From NCBI RefSeq assembly GCF_017876815.1, contig NZ_JAGIOS010000003.1:870001-902000 (forward strand): a DNA stretch of 32,000 nt, read 5' to 3'. How positions within the stretch are numbered: position 1 is the first letter of the stretch; each line of letters starts with the position of its first letter. Below, piece after piece: positions 24,410 through 32,000 of the stretch. This stretch comes from Sinorhizobium meliloti. Lineage in GTDB: Bacteria; Pseudomonadota; Alphaproteobacteria; Rhizobiales; Rhizobiaceae. The notes beneath the pieces were generated by a model that saw only the letters and a list, made by a program, of their open reading frames with translations, was not told where the DNA came from and did not search any database. The position numbers and the translations under genes were made by a program.

Positions 24410-25210
24410 ATGACACAAGGAACAGCACTTATCACCGGAGCCTCATCAGGCATCGGCGCGGTATACGCCGAACGCCTGGCTCGCCGGGGTCACGATCTCA
24501 TTCTCGTCGCCCGTGACTTCGACCGCCTGAAATCATTGGCCAGCAGCCTGTCAGGCGACCACGGCGTGGTCGTCACGCCTCTGATCACAGACCTTACCAG
24601 CGCTGCCGATCTGGAACGGGTACTGGCGAAGCTTCGGACGGACGCCGGGATATCCCTGCTTGTGAACTGTGCCGGCATCGGCCCGAACGGCCCTTTGCTG
24701 GCATCGGACCTTAACGGTCTCAGCAAGATGGTGCAGCTCAATGTCGACGTCCTGCATTCCCTGACCGCGACGGCGGCGAACGCCTTTGCGCGCCGCCGCA
24801 ACGGAGCGATCATAAACATAGCTTCCGCGGTGGCGCTGTTGCCCGAGCGTTTTAACGCGACCTATGTTGCGACAAAGGCGTTCGTTCTTGCTCTGACGCA
24901 GGCGCTCTCCGCAGAACTCGAGCCGCACGGCGTCCGAATGCAAGCCGTGCTTCCGGGCTTTACGCGCACCGAGATATTCGACAGAGCCGGCATCGACATC
25001 AGCGTGATCCCCGAGGACATGATGATGGATGCGGGCGAGATGGTGGACGCGGCCCTAGCTGGCTTGGATCGTGGCGAGGTGGTGACGATCCCCTCGCTCG
25101 CCGACAGCGACCTCTGGGAGCAGCATGAAAGGACAAGACGCGACCTCGGGCCGCACCTCTCGCTGAAACATGCGGCCGCACGGTATCGGCCGAGAGGAGA
25201 GACGAGATGA
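24410..25210 (+). CDS. Short-chain dehydrogenase/reductase (SDR) family oxidoreductase
   Basis: TGASSGIG cofactor motif, NAG-like NCAG, and the catalytic Y-x3-K in ATYVATKAF. Confidence 0.9.
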   Translation: MTQGTALITGASSGIGAVYAERLARRGHDLILVARDFDRLKSLASSLSGDHGVVVTPLITDLTSAADLERVLAKLRTDAGISLLVNCAGIGPNGPLLASDLNGLSKMVQLNVDVLHSLTATAANAFARRRNGAIINIASAVALLPERFNATYVATKAFVLALTQALSAELEPHGVRMQAVLPGFTRTEIFDRAGIDISVIPEDMMMDAGEMVDAALAGLDRGEVVTIPSLADSDLWEQHERTRRDLGPHLSLKHAAARYRPRGETR

Positions 25211-26142
25211 GCGATCCAAGAGCAGTGCTATTCACGCGTCGCGACTTACTCTCAGTCACCGCCGTGGCGGCTTCGGCCGCAATGTTCCCGCCAGGCGTGT
25301 ACGCCTCCGGTTTCCATCGGTTCACGCACGGCGCGTTCGACATCACCGTCGTCAGTGACGGCTTCATTACACTGCCGGCCGAAATACTCCTGCCGGACAC
25401 CACGCCCGAGGAACGGCAGATGATAATGGCAAGGCTCGGCGGCAACGACCAAGGCGCGCCCGTGCAGGCCAACATTCCACTCATCCGCCACGGCGACGAC
25501 CTCATTCTGATCGACAACGGCTCCGGGTCGAATTTCCAGTCCACGGCCGGGAAGCTCGCGGTCAACCTCAGCGCCTTGGGCGTGGACCCCGCGAAGATCA
25601 CGAAGGTCGTCTTCACCCATGCCCATCCCGATCACTCGGGCGCGACGACCACCTCCGACGGCAAGGTTCTGTATCCCAATGCCCATTACTTCGTCAGCCG
25701 GGTCGAATGGGATTTCTGGACCGACAAGAACTTCGAAGCCAAAATGCCTCAAGTCCTGCACGGTTTCGCGCAGGGGGCCCAGCGCGACCTGTTCGCCGTA
25801 CGGGACCGACTGACACTCGTCAAACCGGGCGAGGAGATCGTGCCTGGCATGCTGGTCGTTGGCACCCCAGGCCATACGCCAGGTCACATCTCAATCGAAC
25901 TCGCCGGCGACGGGAACCTCCTCGTCACAGGGGACGCCTGCACCAATGATGTCATCTTCTTCGAGCATCCTTCATGGCATTTCGGCTTCGATACCGATGC
26001 GGAGACCGCGCTCAAAAGCAGGCAAATGCTCTTGGATCGGGCTGCGTCCGAGAAGTTGCGGATGCTCGGTTACCACTGGGCGTATCCAGGCATCGGGTAT
26101 GCGGAGCGTCGCGGGAGCGGCTATGCGTTCGTGAAGGCATAG
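25207..26142 (+). CDS. MBL-fold metallo-hydrolase with a Tat signal (lactonase-like subgroup)
   Basis: N-terminus FTRRDLLSVTAVAASAAMFPPGVYA. Metal motif HAHPDH (nt 25618-25635), then GHTPGH and a later TGD. The start overlaps the SDR stop (ATGA at 25207-25210). Confidence 0.85.
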   Translation: MSDPRAVLFTRRDLLSVTAVAASAAMFPPGVYASGFHRFTHGAFDITVVSDGFITLPAEILLPDTTPEERQMIMARLGGNDQGAPVQANIPLIRHGDDLILIDNGSGSNFQSTAGKLAVNLSALGVDPAKITKVVFTHAHPDHSGATTTSDGKVLYPNAHYFVSRVEWDFWTDKNFEAKMPQVLHGFAQGAQRDLFAVRDRLTLVKPGEEIVPGMLVVGTPGHTPGHISIELAGDGNLLVTGDACTNDVIFFEHPSWHFGFDTDAETALKSRQMLLDRAASEKLRMLGYHWAYPGIGYAERRGSGYAFVKA

Positions 26143-26461
26143 GACGTCACTGTGCATTGGCGGCCCGGCGTCCACGAGATCATGAGGCTCATACCCAACA
26201 ATCTCATCCGAGCTCCCCCGTTCTCCCGCTGGAAGACGCCCACCACGAAGTCCCGAACGCCCGTGTCTTGGATGGCGGGGAACCGAGCTGTAAAGAAGCG
26301 ACCCGGCGGAGAACGATGCGCAGGGGACCGTGCCGAAGACGAGGATTCATTCGCGCCCTGGACCTTGCTCCGCTCGCTGGCGTGAAGAATCAAACTCCTT
26401 CGAGTTCGCAGCAGGACATCCAGACGGCCATTCACCCCGTTGACGTTGTAGGGGGCGATCT

Positions 26462-26651
26462 TCAGCGATCGCCCTTGTCGCCCTGGCCTGGTTTCGCTTC
26501 GTGCTTCGCCTTCTGTTCCCCTGTCCGACGACAGGGAACGGCCGGCATCCACCGACTCTTTGAACTTCCCGCTTTCGTCGCGCCGCACATAGCGCTTGTC
26601 GGTCCCGGTATCGATGAGTTCGCGCTTCGACTGAGGCCCTGTGAGTGGAAT
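26462..26651 (-). pseudogene. Remnant of a small stress-type protein gene (ELIDTGTDKRYVRRDE...GQGDKGD type)
   Basis: One frame reads (I)PLTGPQSKRELIDTGTDKRYVRRDESGKFKESVDAGRSLSSDR. A second frame reads EQKAKHEAKPGQGDKGDR-stop. So there is a frameshift near 26515-26530, and the expected start position is ATT (26649-26651). Family recognition is from memory. Confidence 0.5.
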
Positions 26652-26971
26652 GGGCGAGACCGTTTAGGATTATTGTTCGTCGCCGCCAACAACTTGCACA
26701 ACAAAAGCGTACTGCCGTTGCGCGGAATGGTGCAACATTGCTGCTGGCCTGAGGCCGAGTCCGGCGGCCGCGAAGTCGCTCGAGATCGTTGTCCGGAATC
26801 GTAGAGCTACGGATGCATATGCGCATAGCGTCACGGATAGTACCATTTCATCTCGAACTAACGGTCCGGCAAAGATGACGTGAAATGATCTATACTCATG
26901 CCGAACCGCTCAGTTTCCCGTGATCAGGATGAGCACCTGCGAAGGAAGTCTAAGCCAGTCACAGACCGATC

Positions 26972-27200
26972 TCACTTAACGACCGAGAATTCGAACCTGT
27001 CCGACTGGAGAACTAGCAGATACTCGTTTTTTTGAGCGAAAGTGCTGTCGGACTTGCGGAAAACGACGCCGCAGAAACGCCACCGCGTTGGATAGATAGA
27101 ACAAAGCATGTCGCCCTCGACTGTGCTAATCCCATGGTCAGTCCAATCGCCGACGGTCATTCGTGTCGTGCCGTCTTCCGCCGTCACCCGCCGATATGAC
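26972..27200 (-). pseudogene. C-terminal segment of the cyclase-TPR gene, displaced by the IS66 insertion
   Basis: After removing the IS and one TSD copy, the frame joins ...GRNVRTGESY to RRVTAEDGTTRMTVGDWTDHG...FEFSVVK-stop without interruption. Confidence 0.65.
27193..27200. repeat. Left copy of the 8-bp target-site duplication GATATGAC of the IS66-family element
   Basis: Identical octamer at 29709-29716, directly abutting the other IS terminus. Confidence 0.9.
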
Positions 27201-27208
27201 GTAAGCGG

Positions 27209-28828
27209 TTAGCTGACGGCGTCTGACCTGAAGTTCCAGGGCATGAGAGCTTCGATTTCGGATGCGGGCCAGCCTTGAGCGATGCGGGTCAAGGTCTCCG
27301 AGAGCCAGTCGAGCGGATCGACGCCGTTCATTTTGCAGGTCTGCAACAAGGTGGCCACCGTCGCCCAAGTTCGTCCACCGCCCTCGCTGCCGGCGAATAG
27401 GCTATTCTTTCTCGTAATTGTTTGGGGCCTGATCGCCCGTTCGACGATGTTGGAGTCGATTTCGATGCGACCGTCCGTCAGAAAGCGCTCCAGCGCCTCG
27501 CGCCGGGTGAGCGCGTAGCGGATCGCCTCGGCGGTTTTGGATTTTCCCGAGACTTTGCCCAGTTCCTTTTCCCAGAGCTCGAAGAGGCTGGCGACGGTGG
27601 TCGAGGATTTCTCCTGGCGCCGGGCCGCGCGGCTGTCGGCATCCTTACCGCGAACTTCATCCTCGATGCGCCAGAGCTCGGTCATTGCCAGGACAGTGTC
27701 TGTGGCGGCCTGCGAGACTCCGCTGATGTGCAGGTCATAAAACTTGCGCCGTAGATGTGCCCAACATCCTGCAAGCTGGACCGTTTCGTTGCTGCCGGTT
27801 TTGGCCCGCGTCTTGGCGAGATTAGTATAGGCCGAGTAGCCATCCACTTGCAGGATGCCGGTGAATCCGGAGAGATGACGCGTCACGCAATCCGCACCTC
27901 TGCTGTCTTCAAATCGATAGGCCACCATCGGCGGACTGGTTCCGCCATAGGGGCGGTCGTCGCGTGCGTAAGCCCAAAGCCAGGCCTTGGTGGTTTTGCC
28001 CGAACCGGGCGCAAGAGTGGGTAGGGTCGTCTCGTCGGCAAAGATCCTTTCGCTCTCCTTGACCCTCTCCAGGATATAATCGGCCAGCATCTGCAGTTCG
28101 AAGCCCAGATGCCCCATCCATTGGGCCATCAGCGATCGGCTGATCTCGACGCCATCACGCAAATAGATCGCTTCCTGCCGATAAAGAGGAAGGCCATCGG
28201 CGTATTTGGAAACGGCGATATAGGCGAGCAGCCGTTCCGTCGGCAGGCCGCCTTCGATGATGTGTGCCGGCGCCAAGGCCTGGACCACGCCGTCGCTGCC
28301 CCGGAAAGCGTATTTGGGGCGACGCGTCACGATAACCCTGAACTTCGGCGGCACTACGTCCAGCCGCTCGGAGCGGTCCTCTCCGATCAGAACCTTTGCC
28401 AGCCCCTCGCACCCGGCCGGGATTTCCGGCTCGATGACCTCTTCGATGCGCTCGAGATGGGCGGCAAAACCCTTGCGCGGACGCGGCGCTCGCTTCGGCT
28501 TGTCCTTGGCTGCGCGATCGAGTTCGCTGCGGATTGCCGATAGGCCGGTTTCGACCTCTTCGAAGGCAAAGGAGACCTGCTCGTCATTGACCCCGAGGCG
28601 GAGCCGCTCAGAGCGCTTGCCATTTTGCGTGCGCTGCAAAACCTTCATGATCAAGGTCAGGTTGGCAATCCGCTCGTTGGCGCTCTTCTCAACCGCCTCC
28701 AACCGCGCGATCTCAGCCTCGGCCACCTTCAGCCGGACCTCTTTCGCGGCTTGTTCGCGCGCCAACGCGAGAACCATCGCTTTCAGCGCATCAACGTCGT
28801 CCGGCAGGTCGCTAAGGGGCAAATCCAT
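27209..28828 (-). CDS. tnpC: IS66 family transposase TnpC
   Basis: 539 aa. N-terminal coiled-coil LPDDVDALKAMVLAL, a central DDE region and a conserved C-terminus, as in IS66/ISRm14-type transposases. Confidence 0.95.
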   Translation of the reverse strand: MDLPLSDLPDDVDALKAMVLALAREQAAKEVRLKVAEAEIARLEAVEKSANERIANLTLIMKVLQRTQNGKRSERLRLGVNDEQVSFAFEEVETGLSAIRSELDRAAKDKPKRAPRPRKGFAAHLERIEEVIEPEIPAGCEGLAKVLIGEDRSERLDVVPPKFRVIVTRRPKYAFRGSDGVVQALAPAHIIEGGLPTERLLAYIAVSKYADGLPLYRQEAIYLRDGVEISRSLMAQWMGHLGFELQMLADYILERVKESERIFADETTLPTLAPGSGKTTKAWLWAYARDDRPYGGTSPPMVAYRFEDSRGADCVTRHLSGFTGILQVDGYSAYTNLAKTRAKTGSNETVQLAGCWAHLRRKFYDLHISGVSQAATDTVLAMTELWRIEDEVRGKDADSRAARRQEKSSTTVASLFELWEKELGKVSGKSKTAEAIRYALTRREALERFLTDGRIEIDSNIVERAIRPQTITRKNSLFAGSEGGGRTWATVATLLQTCKMNGVDPLDWLSETLTRIAQGWPASEIEALMPWNFRSDAVS

Positions 28829-28903
28829 GCGGGCGAATAGAGCACAAAAACAGCCGCTTTCCCAATCATTACAGCAGCATGATTCATCTTGCCGCAGTCC
28901 TGT

Positions 28904-29248
28904 TCAGCCCGTCAGCAACGGCCGTCTGACCTTGGTTGGCCGGATCTTCTTCCAATCCAGACCGGCCAGAAGCGCCATTAATTGCGAATGGTCCAGACGT
29001 ATCCTGGCGGCCGATATGCCCGGCCAGCAAAAGCTCTGCTCCTCGAGGGTTTTCGAATAGAGGCAGACACCGCTGCCATCCCACCAGACGATGCGAACAC
29101 GGTCCGCCCGTTTCGACCGGAACACATAAAGCGCTCCGTTGAACGGGTCGAGACCGCCATCTCTGACCAGAGCCATCAAGGATGCCGCACCTTTTCGGAA
29201 GTCGACCGGCTGGCACGACACGTAAACGACAACGCCGGACGCGATCAT
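28904..29248 (-). CDS. tnpB: IS66 family accessory protein TnpB (Orf2)
   Basis: VYVSCQPVDFRKGAASLMALVRDGGLDPFNGALYVFRSKRADRVRIVWWDGSGVCLYSKTLE is the highly conserved IS66 Orf2 signature. Confidence 0.95.
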   Translation of the reverse strand: MIASGVVVYVSCQPVDFRKGAASLMALVRDGGLDPFNGALYVFRSKRADRVRIVWWDGSGVCLYSKTLEEQSFCWPGISAARIRLDHSQLMALLAGLDWKKIRPTKVRRPLLTG

Positions 29249-29652
29249 GCCTTGCGGACCGCTCGGAGTATCTTCACCAGGTGATCCGACTCGATATCGC
29301 CGCCGACGCGCACCACGACATCACCGAGGACGATTTCGACCGCAGAGCTTGCCACCGGCTCAACGCGCGCGAACTTGACCTCCTTCTTCGCGGTTTCCGT
29401 CAGGGGCGCAACCAACCCCGATGACAGTGCCTTGCGACGCCACCCGTAAAGCTGCGAGGGATCCAATCCCTCAGCGCGCGCGATCGCAGAGACATTGGCT
29501 CCAGGCAACAACGTCTCGGCAATCAGGCGCTCCTTCTCCTCGTTCGGCCAGTCTCGCGGCTTGCGCCGCGCCCGCACCGGCGCCGCCGTCAAAACCTCGA
29601 ATGTTCGTGGCTGATTCACACTGTCGCTCATAGGATTCTCCGCATGACTCAT
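29245..29652 (-). CDS. tnpA: IS66 family accessory protein TnpA (Orf1, HTH)
   Basis: RRKPRDWPNEEKERLIAETLLPGANVSAIARAEGLDPSQLYGWRRK is the typical Orf1 HTH region. The stop overlaps the tnpB start. Confidence 0.85.
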   Translation of the reverse strand: MSHAENPMSDSVNQPRTFEVLTAAPVRARRKPRDWPNEEKERLIAETLLPGANVSAIARAEGLDPSQLYGWRRKALSSGLVAPLTETAKKEVKFARVEPVASSAVEIVLGDVVVRVGGDIESDHLVKILRAVRKA

Positions 29653-29708
29653 GCAGAAAATCCTCGATCAGCGCGTCAATTGATACGTGGGGGTCCCTAC
29701 GCGCTTAC

Positions 29709-29716
29709 GATATGAC
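29709..29716. repeat. Right copy of the 8-bp target-site duplication GATATGAC
   Basis: See 27193-27200. Confidence 0.9.
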
Positions 29717-30792
29717 TCGCCTGTCCGGACATTGCGCCCCTGAATTTCGTGACCGAAGAGCAACGTCCTTACACTTCCCGCGTCGAGGCGAACTCCCCGC
29801 TTTGGGGTGAAGCCGTCGGGGAGCTCCGGCACGACTGCCTTGCGCAGACCCACGAGTAGTCGTTCGAGGTTGACGTAATCCTTGAACGGAAATTCGACGG
29901 CGGCCATCAACCCTGTGTATTCAGGCTCCTGTGCTTGGGCCAGATATGGCTTGAGCCTCTCACGAGCTGCGGTTGCATCGGCGTCTCTGTCCAACTGACC
30001 GTAGGAGGAAATGAGCACCATGAGGCCAGAGTAGCCCGACCAAAAGTCCCAATACGAGGTTTCCTTCAGTTCCGGACCGATCTTTTCGAGGGCGACGACA
30101 GCTTCCTCGTAACGGTCCGTCGAGAAGTAGGCGAGTCCGGCAAGGAAGTAGCGCCAGCGCGACCAAGCGGGATCGACACGTGCTGCGGCATCAAGATTGT
30201 CGAGCCCATCCTCGACCCTGCCGTTAAAAATCATGGCCATACTCAGCGACTCGTAGTTGGAAGGGTCGCTGGCGTCGAGTGCTATCGCCCGCGAGGCGGC
30301 GGCGATAGCCTCATCGGACTTCTGCATCATGTTCAGTCTTCCGGCAAGGAGGCGGTAGTACGCCGGAGAGGGGTTCTTGGCGGCCTGTGCGAAGTATGCG
30401 TTTGCCCTGCTACGGGCTTCGTCCTGCGAAACCCCGAGTAGTTTTGAACGGGCCTCGGTCCAATGAGCTTCCCTATACATCCAGGCGAGTGCCGCCGCTG
30501 CATTGCCAAAGGCATCATCATGGGCCAACGCCTGCTCGTAGTACTTTACCGCCTCTATCCAATCCTCTGGCTTTTCCCTCAGCTCCAGTTCGCGGCCGAG
30601 CAGATATGCCTCGTACGCGGCAGGGTTAGTTGTTCCACCAGCGACCGCAGTTTGCTCGCTCGTGACCAGCCGAAGCTTGAGCGCCGTTGCGACCTCCCCA
30701 ACCATCCTGTCCTGCAACTCAAACACTGCTTTCCATTCGCCGTCGAACCGCTCCGCCCATATGTTGCCATTGGTCATGGAGTCGATGAGTTT
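29709..30792 (-). pseudogene. Middle (TPR-repeat) segment of the disrupted cyclase-TPR gene
   Basis: Track ORF 29668..30777. KLIDSMTNGNIWAERFD followed by TPR-like repeats (AYEAYLLGREL, AVKYYEQALAHDD, etc.). The last 41 nt of the track ORF are IS66 sequence. Confidence 0.7.
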
Positions 30793-31718
30793 GCATTGAT
30801 GCGCATTTGGCCCCCGGTGCGACGCAGGCTGCCTTCCAGGATGTAGCGAACGCCCAATTGTGTCGAAACGTCTGATGGCAGGCGGGGCTTGTCTTTGAAG
30901 GTGAATGCGGCATTGCGTGAGATCACGAACAGCCCGGGAATGCGTGCCAGTTCCGTTGTCAAATCCTCGGTGAGTCCGTCGGCCAGATAGCCCTGTTCTG
31001 TGTCGGTGCTCAGGTTGTCAAAGGGCAACACGACAAGCGAGGGGCGGGTATCAGAGCTAACAACGGAGGCATCGCCCCCCGGCTGCCATGGCTGCCACCA
31101 TGTTAGTCCCGCAAATAAAAGGGTGGCGATCCCTATGGCGGCTACATGAACAGCTCCGGATTGCCGGTCTCTCCTTGCTCCGCTGATTTTGCCCTCTGTC
31201 ACCGGATCGAGCACCACGCGATAGACCCGGATGGGCTCCGAGATGCTCTTGACCTTCTGCTCGCCCAGCGCACGGTAGCCGATGGCGAGCTTGGATTTGA
31301 CGTGGTCGTATGTGGTTCCGGATATCGCGATGCCGCCGGGTTCCGCCAGCACCTGCATGCGGTCAGCTATGTTGACACCGTCGCCGTGAATGTCGTCGCC
31401 TTCGACGATGATGTCGCCTAAATTGACGCCGATGCGGAAAACCATTCGCTGTTCGGGCGGCAAGGCCGCGTTGCGCCGAGCTTTCTCCTGCTGCAGTTCC
31501 ACCGCGCAGTGCAGGGCGTCCACCACGCTGTGGAACTCGACAAGGACGCCGTCTCCCATTGTCTTCACAAGCCGGCCGTGATGCTGGGCGGTTCTCGGTT
31601 CGAAGAGTTCGCGCAGGTCGCTGTGGAAGAGAAGACGCGTTCTCGCTTCATCGATCTCGCTCATCCGGCTGTAACCGACGACATCCGCAATCAGCACTGC
31701 TGCTAGACGGCGCTCCAT
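30774..31718 (-). pseudogene. N-terminal segment: class III adenylate/guanylate cyclase domain, TM helix and a TolB-N-like periplasmic region
   Basis: MERRLAAVLIADVVGYSRM...LVKTMGDGVLVEF...FRIGVNLGDIIVEGDDIHGDGVNIADRM..., then the TM helix VAAIGIATLLFAGLTWW, then LVVLPFDNLS...YLADGLTEDLTTELAR. It ends prematurely through a frameshift at about 30790. Confidence 0.75.
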
Positions 31719-31893
31719 GCCCGTCTCTTCCCGGGGGCGACCCCCAAAACAATATCTTACAACACGTCGCGTGCCGGTGCCATCACCGTCACTGCGGCTT
31801 CCAATACCTGGCCCAGCAGAGGGGAGTTGCGGTACACGGCGGCGGGCCGATCCTGTCGCGGGAATTTGGAAGCCTGCTGAAAATAGGAAAGCA

Positions 31894-32000
31894 ATGACAC
31901 ATCGAACAGCACTTATTACCGGAGGCTCCTCGGGCATCGGCGCGGTTTACGCCGAACGTCTGGCGCGCCGGGGTCACTATCTTATCCTCGTCGCCCGCGA
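31894..32000 (+). CDS. SDR family oxidoreductase (5' part only, runs off the window); paralog of 24410-25210
   Basis: MTHRTALITGGSSGIGAVYAERLARRGHYLILVAR compared with MTQGTALITGASSGIGAVYAERLARRGHDLILVAR. The nucleotide similarity extends into the SD region. Confidence 0.8.
   Translation, partial: MTHRTALITGGSSGIGAVYAERLARRGHYLILVAR

Larger units (their letters stand above)
27201..29708 (-). mobile_element. IS66-family insertion sequence (2508 bp) with tnpA-tnpB-tnpC
   Basis: Termini GTAAGCG... (27201) and ...CGCTTAC (29708). Three ORFs in the canonical order with an ATGA overlap between tnpA and tnpB. 8-bp TSD. Confidence 0.9.

Noticed and set aside
24999-25887. Minus-strand ORFs of 205 and 211 aa
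   Set aside because: Antisense to the SDR and MBL genes, with no motifs.
25974-26804. 276-aa + strand ORF extending past the MBL gene
   Set aside because: It overlaps the MBL 3' end out of frame and runs antisense over the small stress-gene remnant. It is Arg-rich and has no SD.
28257-29060. 267-aa + strand ORF inside the IS66 element
   Set aside because: Antisense to tnpC/tnpB, Ser/Arg-rich. IS66 elements are not known to encode such a gene.
1-32000. CRISPR arrays, tRNA or rRNA genes, long tandem repeats
   Set aside because: Reading both strands I saw no regularly spaced repeats, no cloverleaf-like conserved tRNA boxes and no rRNA-like segments. This visual scan cannot exclude small ncRNAs.

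Overview
The window is high-GC (roughly 60% by eye) alphaproteobacterial DNA that looks Rhizobiales-like. It reads as accessory DNA (plasmid or island); that is an inference from gene content. I can support about 30 coding regions.

**Mobile elements.** There are two complete insertion sequences, each with perfect target-site duplications:
- an ISAs1-family element at 11047-12212 with a 10-bp TSD
- an IS66-family element at 27201-29708 with an 8-bp TSD

**Recognisable genes.**
- an AI-2E transporter and a DUF4112/DUF1810 pair
- a PAS-HisKA_2 histidine kinase with a single-domain response regulator
- a TetR regulator divergent from an RibD_C/DHFR-like gene
- a LuxR-type regulator
- a signal-less sulfite-oxidase-family molybdoenzyme
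- a 920-aa wHTH-NTPase-TPR (STAND-type) regulator followed by five same-strand genes: DJ-1-like, alpha/beta hydrolase (chloroperoxidase type), DUF4126, SDR and MBL-fold hydrolase

**Gene decay.** The load of decayed genes is unusually high. It includes a helicase remnant, a 5'-truncated RCC1-repeat gene, two damaged paralogs of a periplasmic protein, a small stress-type gene remnant, and a class III cyclase-TPR gene hit by both a frameshift and the IS66 insertion.

**Two most interesting observations.**
1. Three unannotated hydrophobic ORFs lie in the first 2.5 kb. Each has a Shine-Dalgarno sequence and an EcfG/RpoE2-type GGAAC-N16-CGTT promoter pattern (one exact, two with a single mismatch). 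They flank a stress-type glycine-zipper gene.
2. A conserved motif of about 28 nt, with 10-bp-phased TTTAC direct repeats, occurs upstream of the two genes immediately downstream of the wHTH-STAND regulator. It is a candidate operator for that regulator.

No rRNA gene, tRNA gene or CRISPR array was recognised. All family assignments come from motif recognition by eye and are not database-verified.
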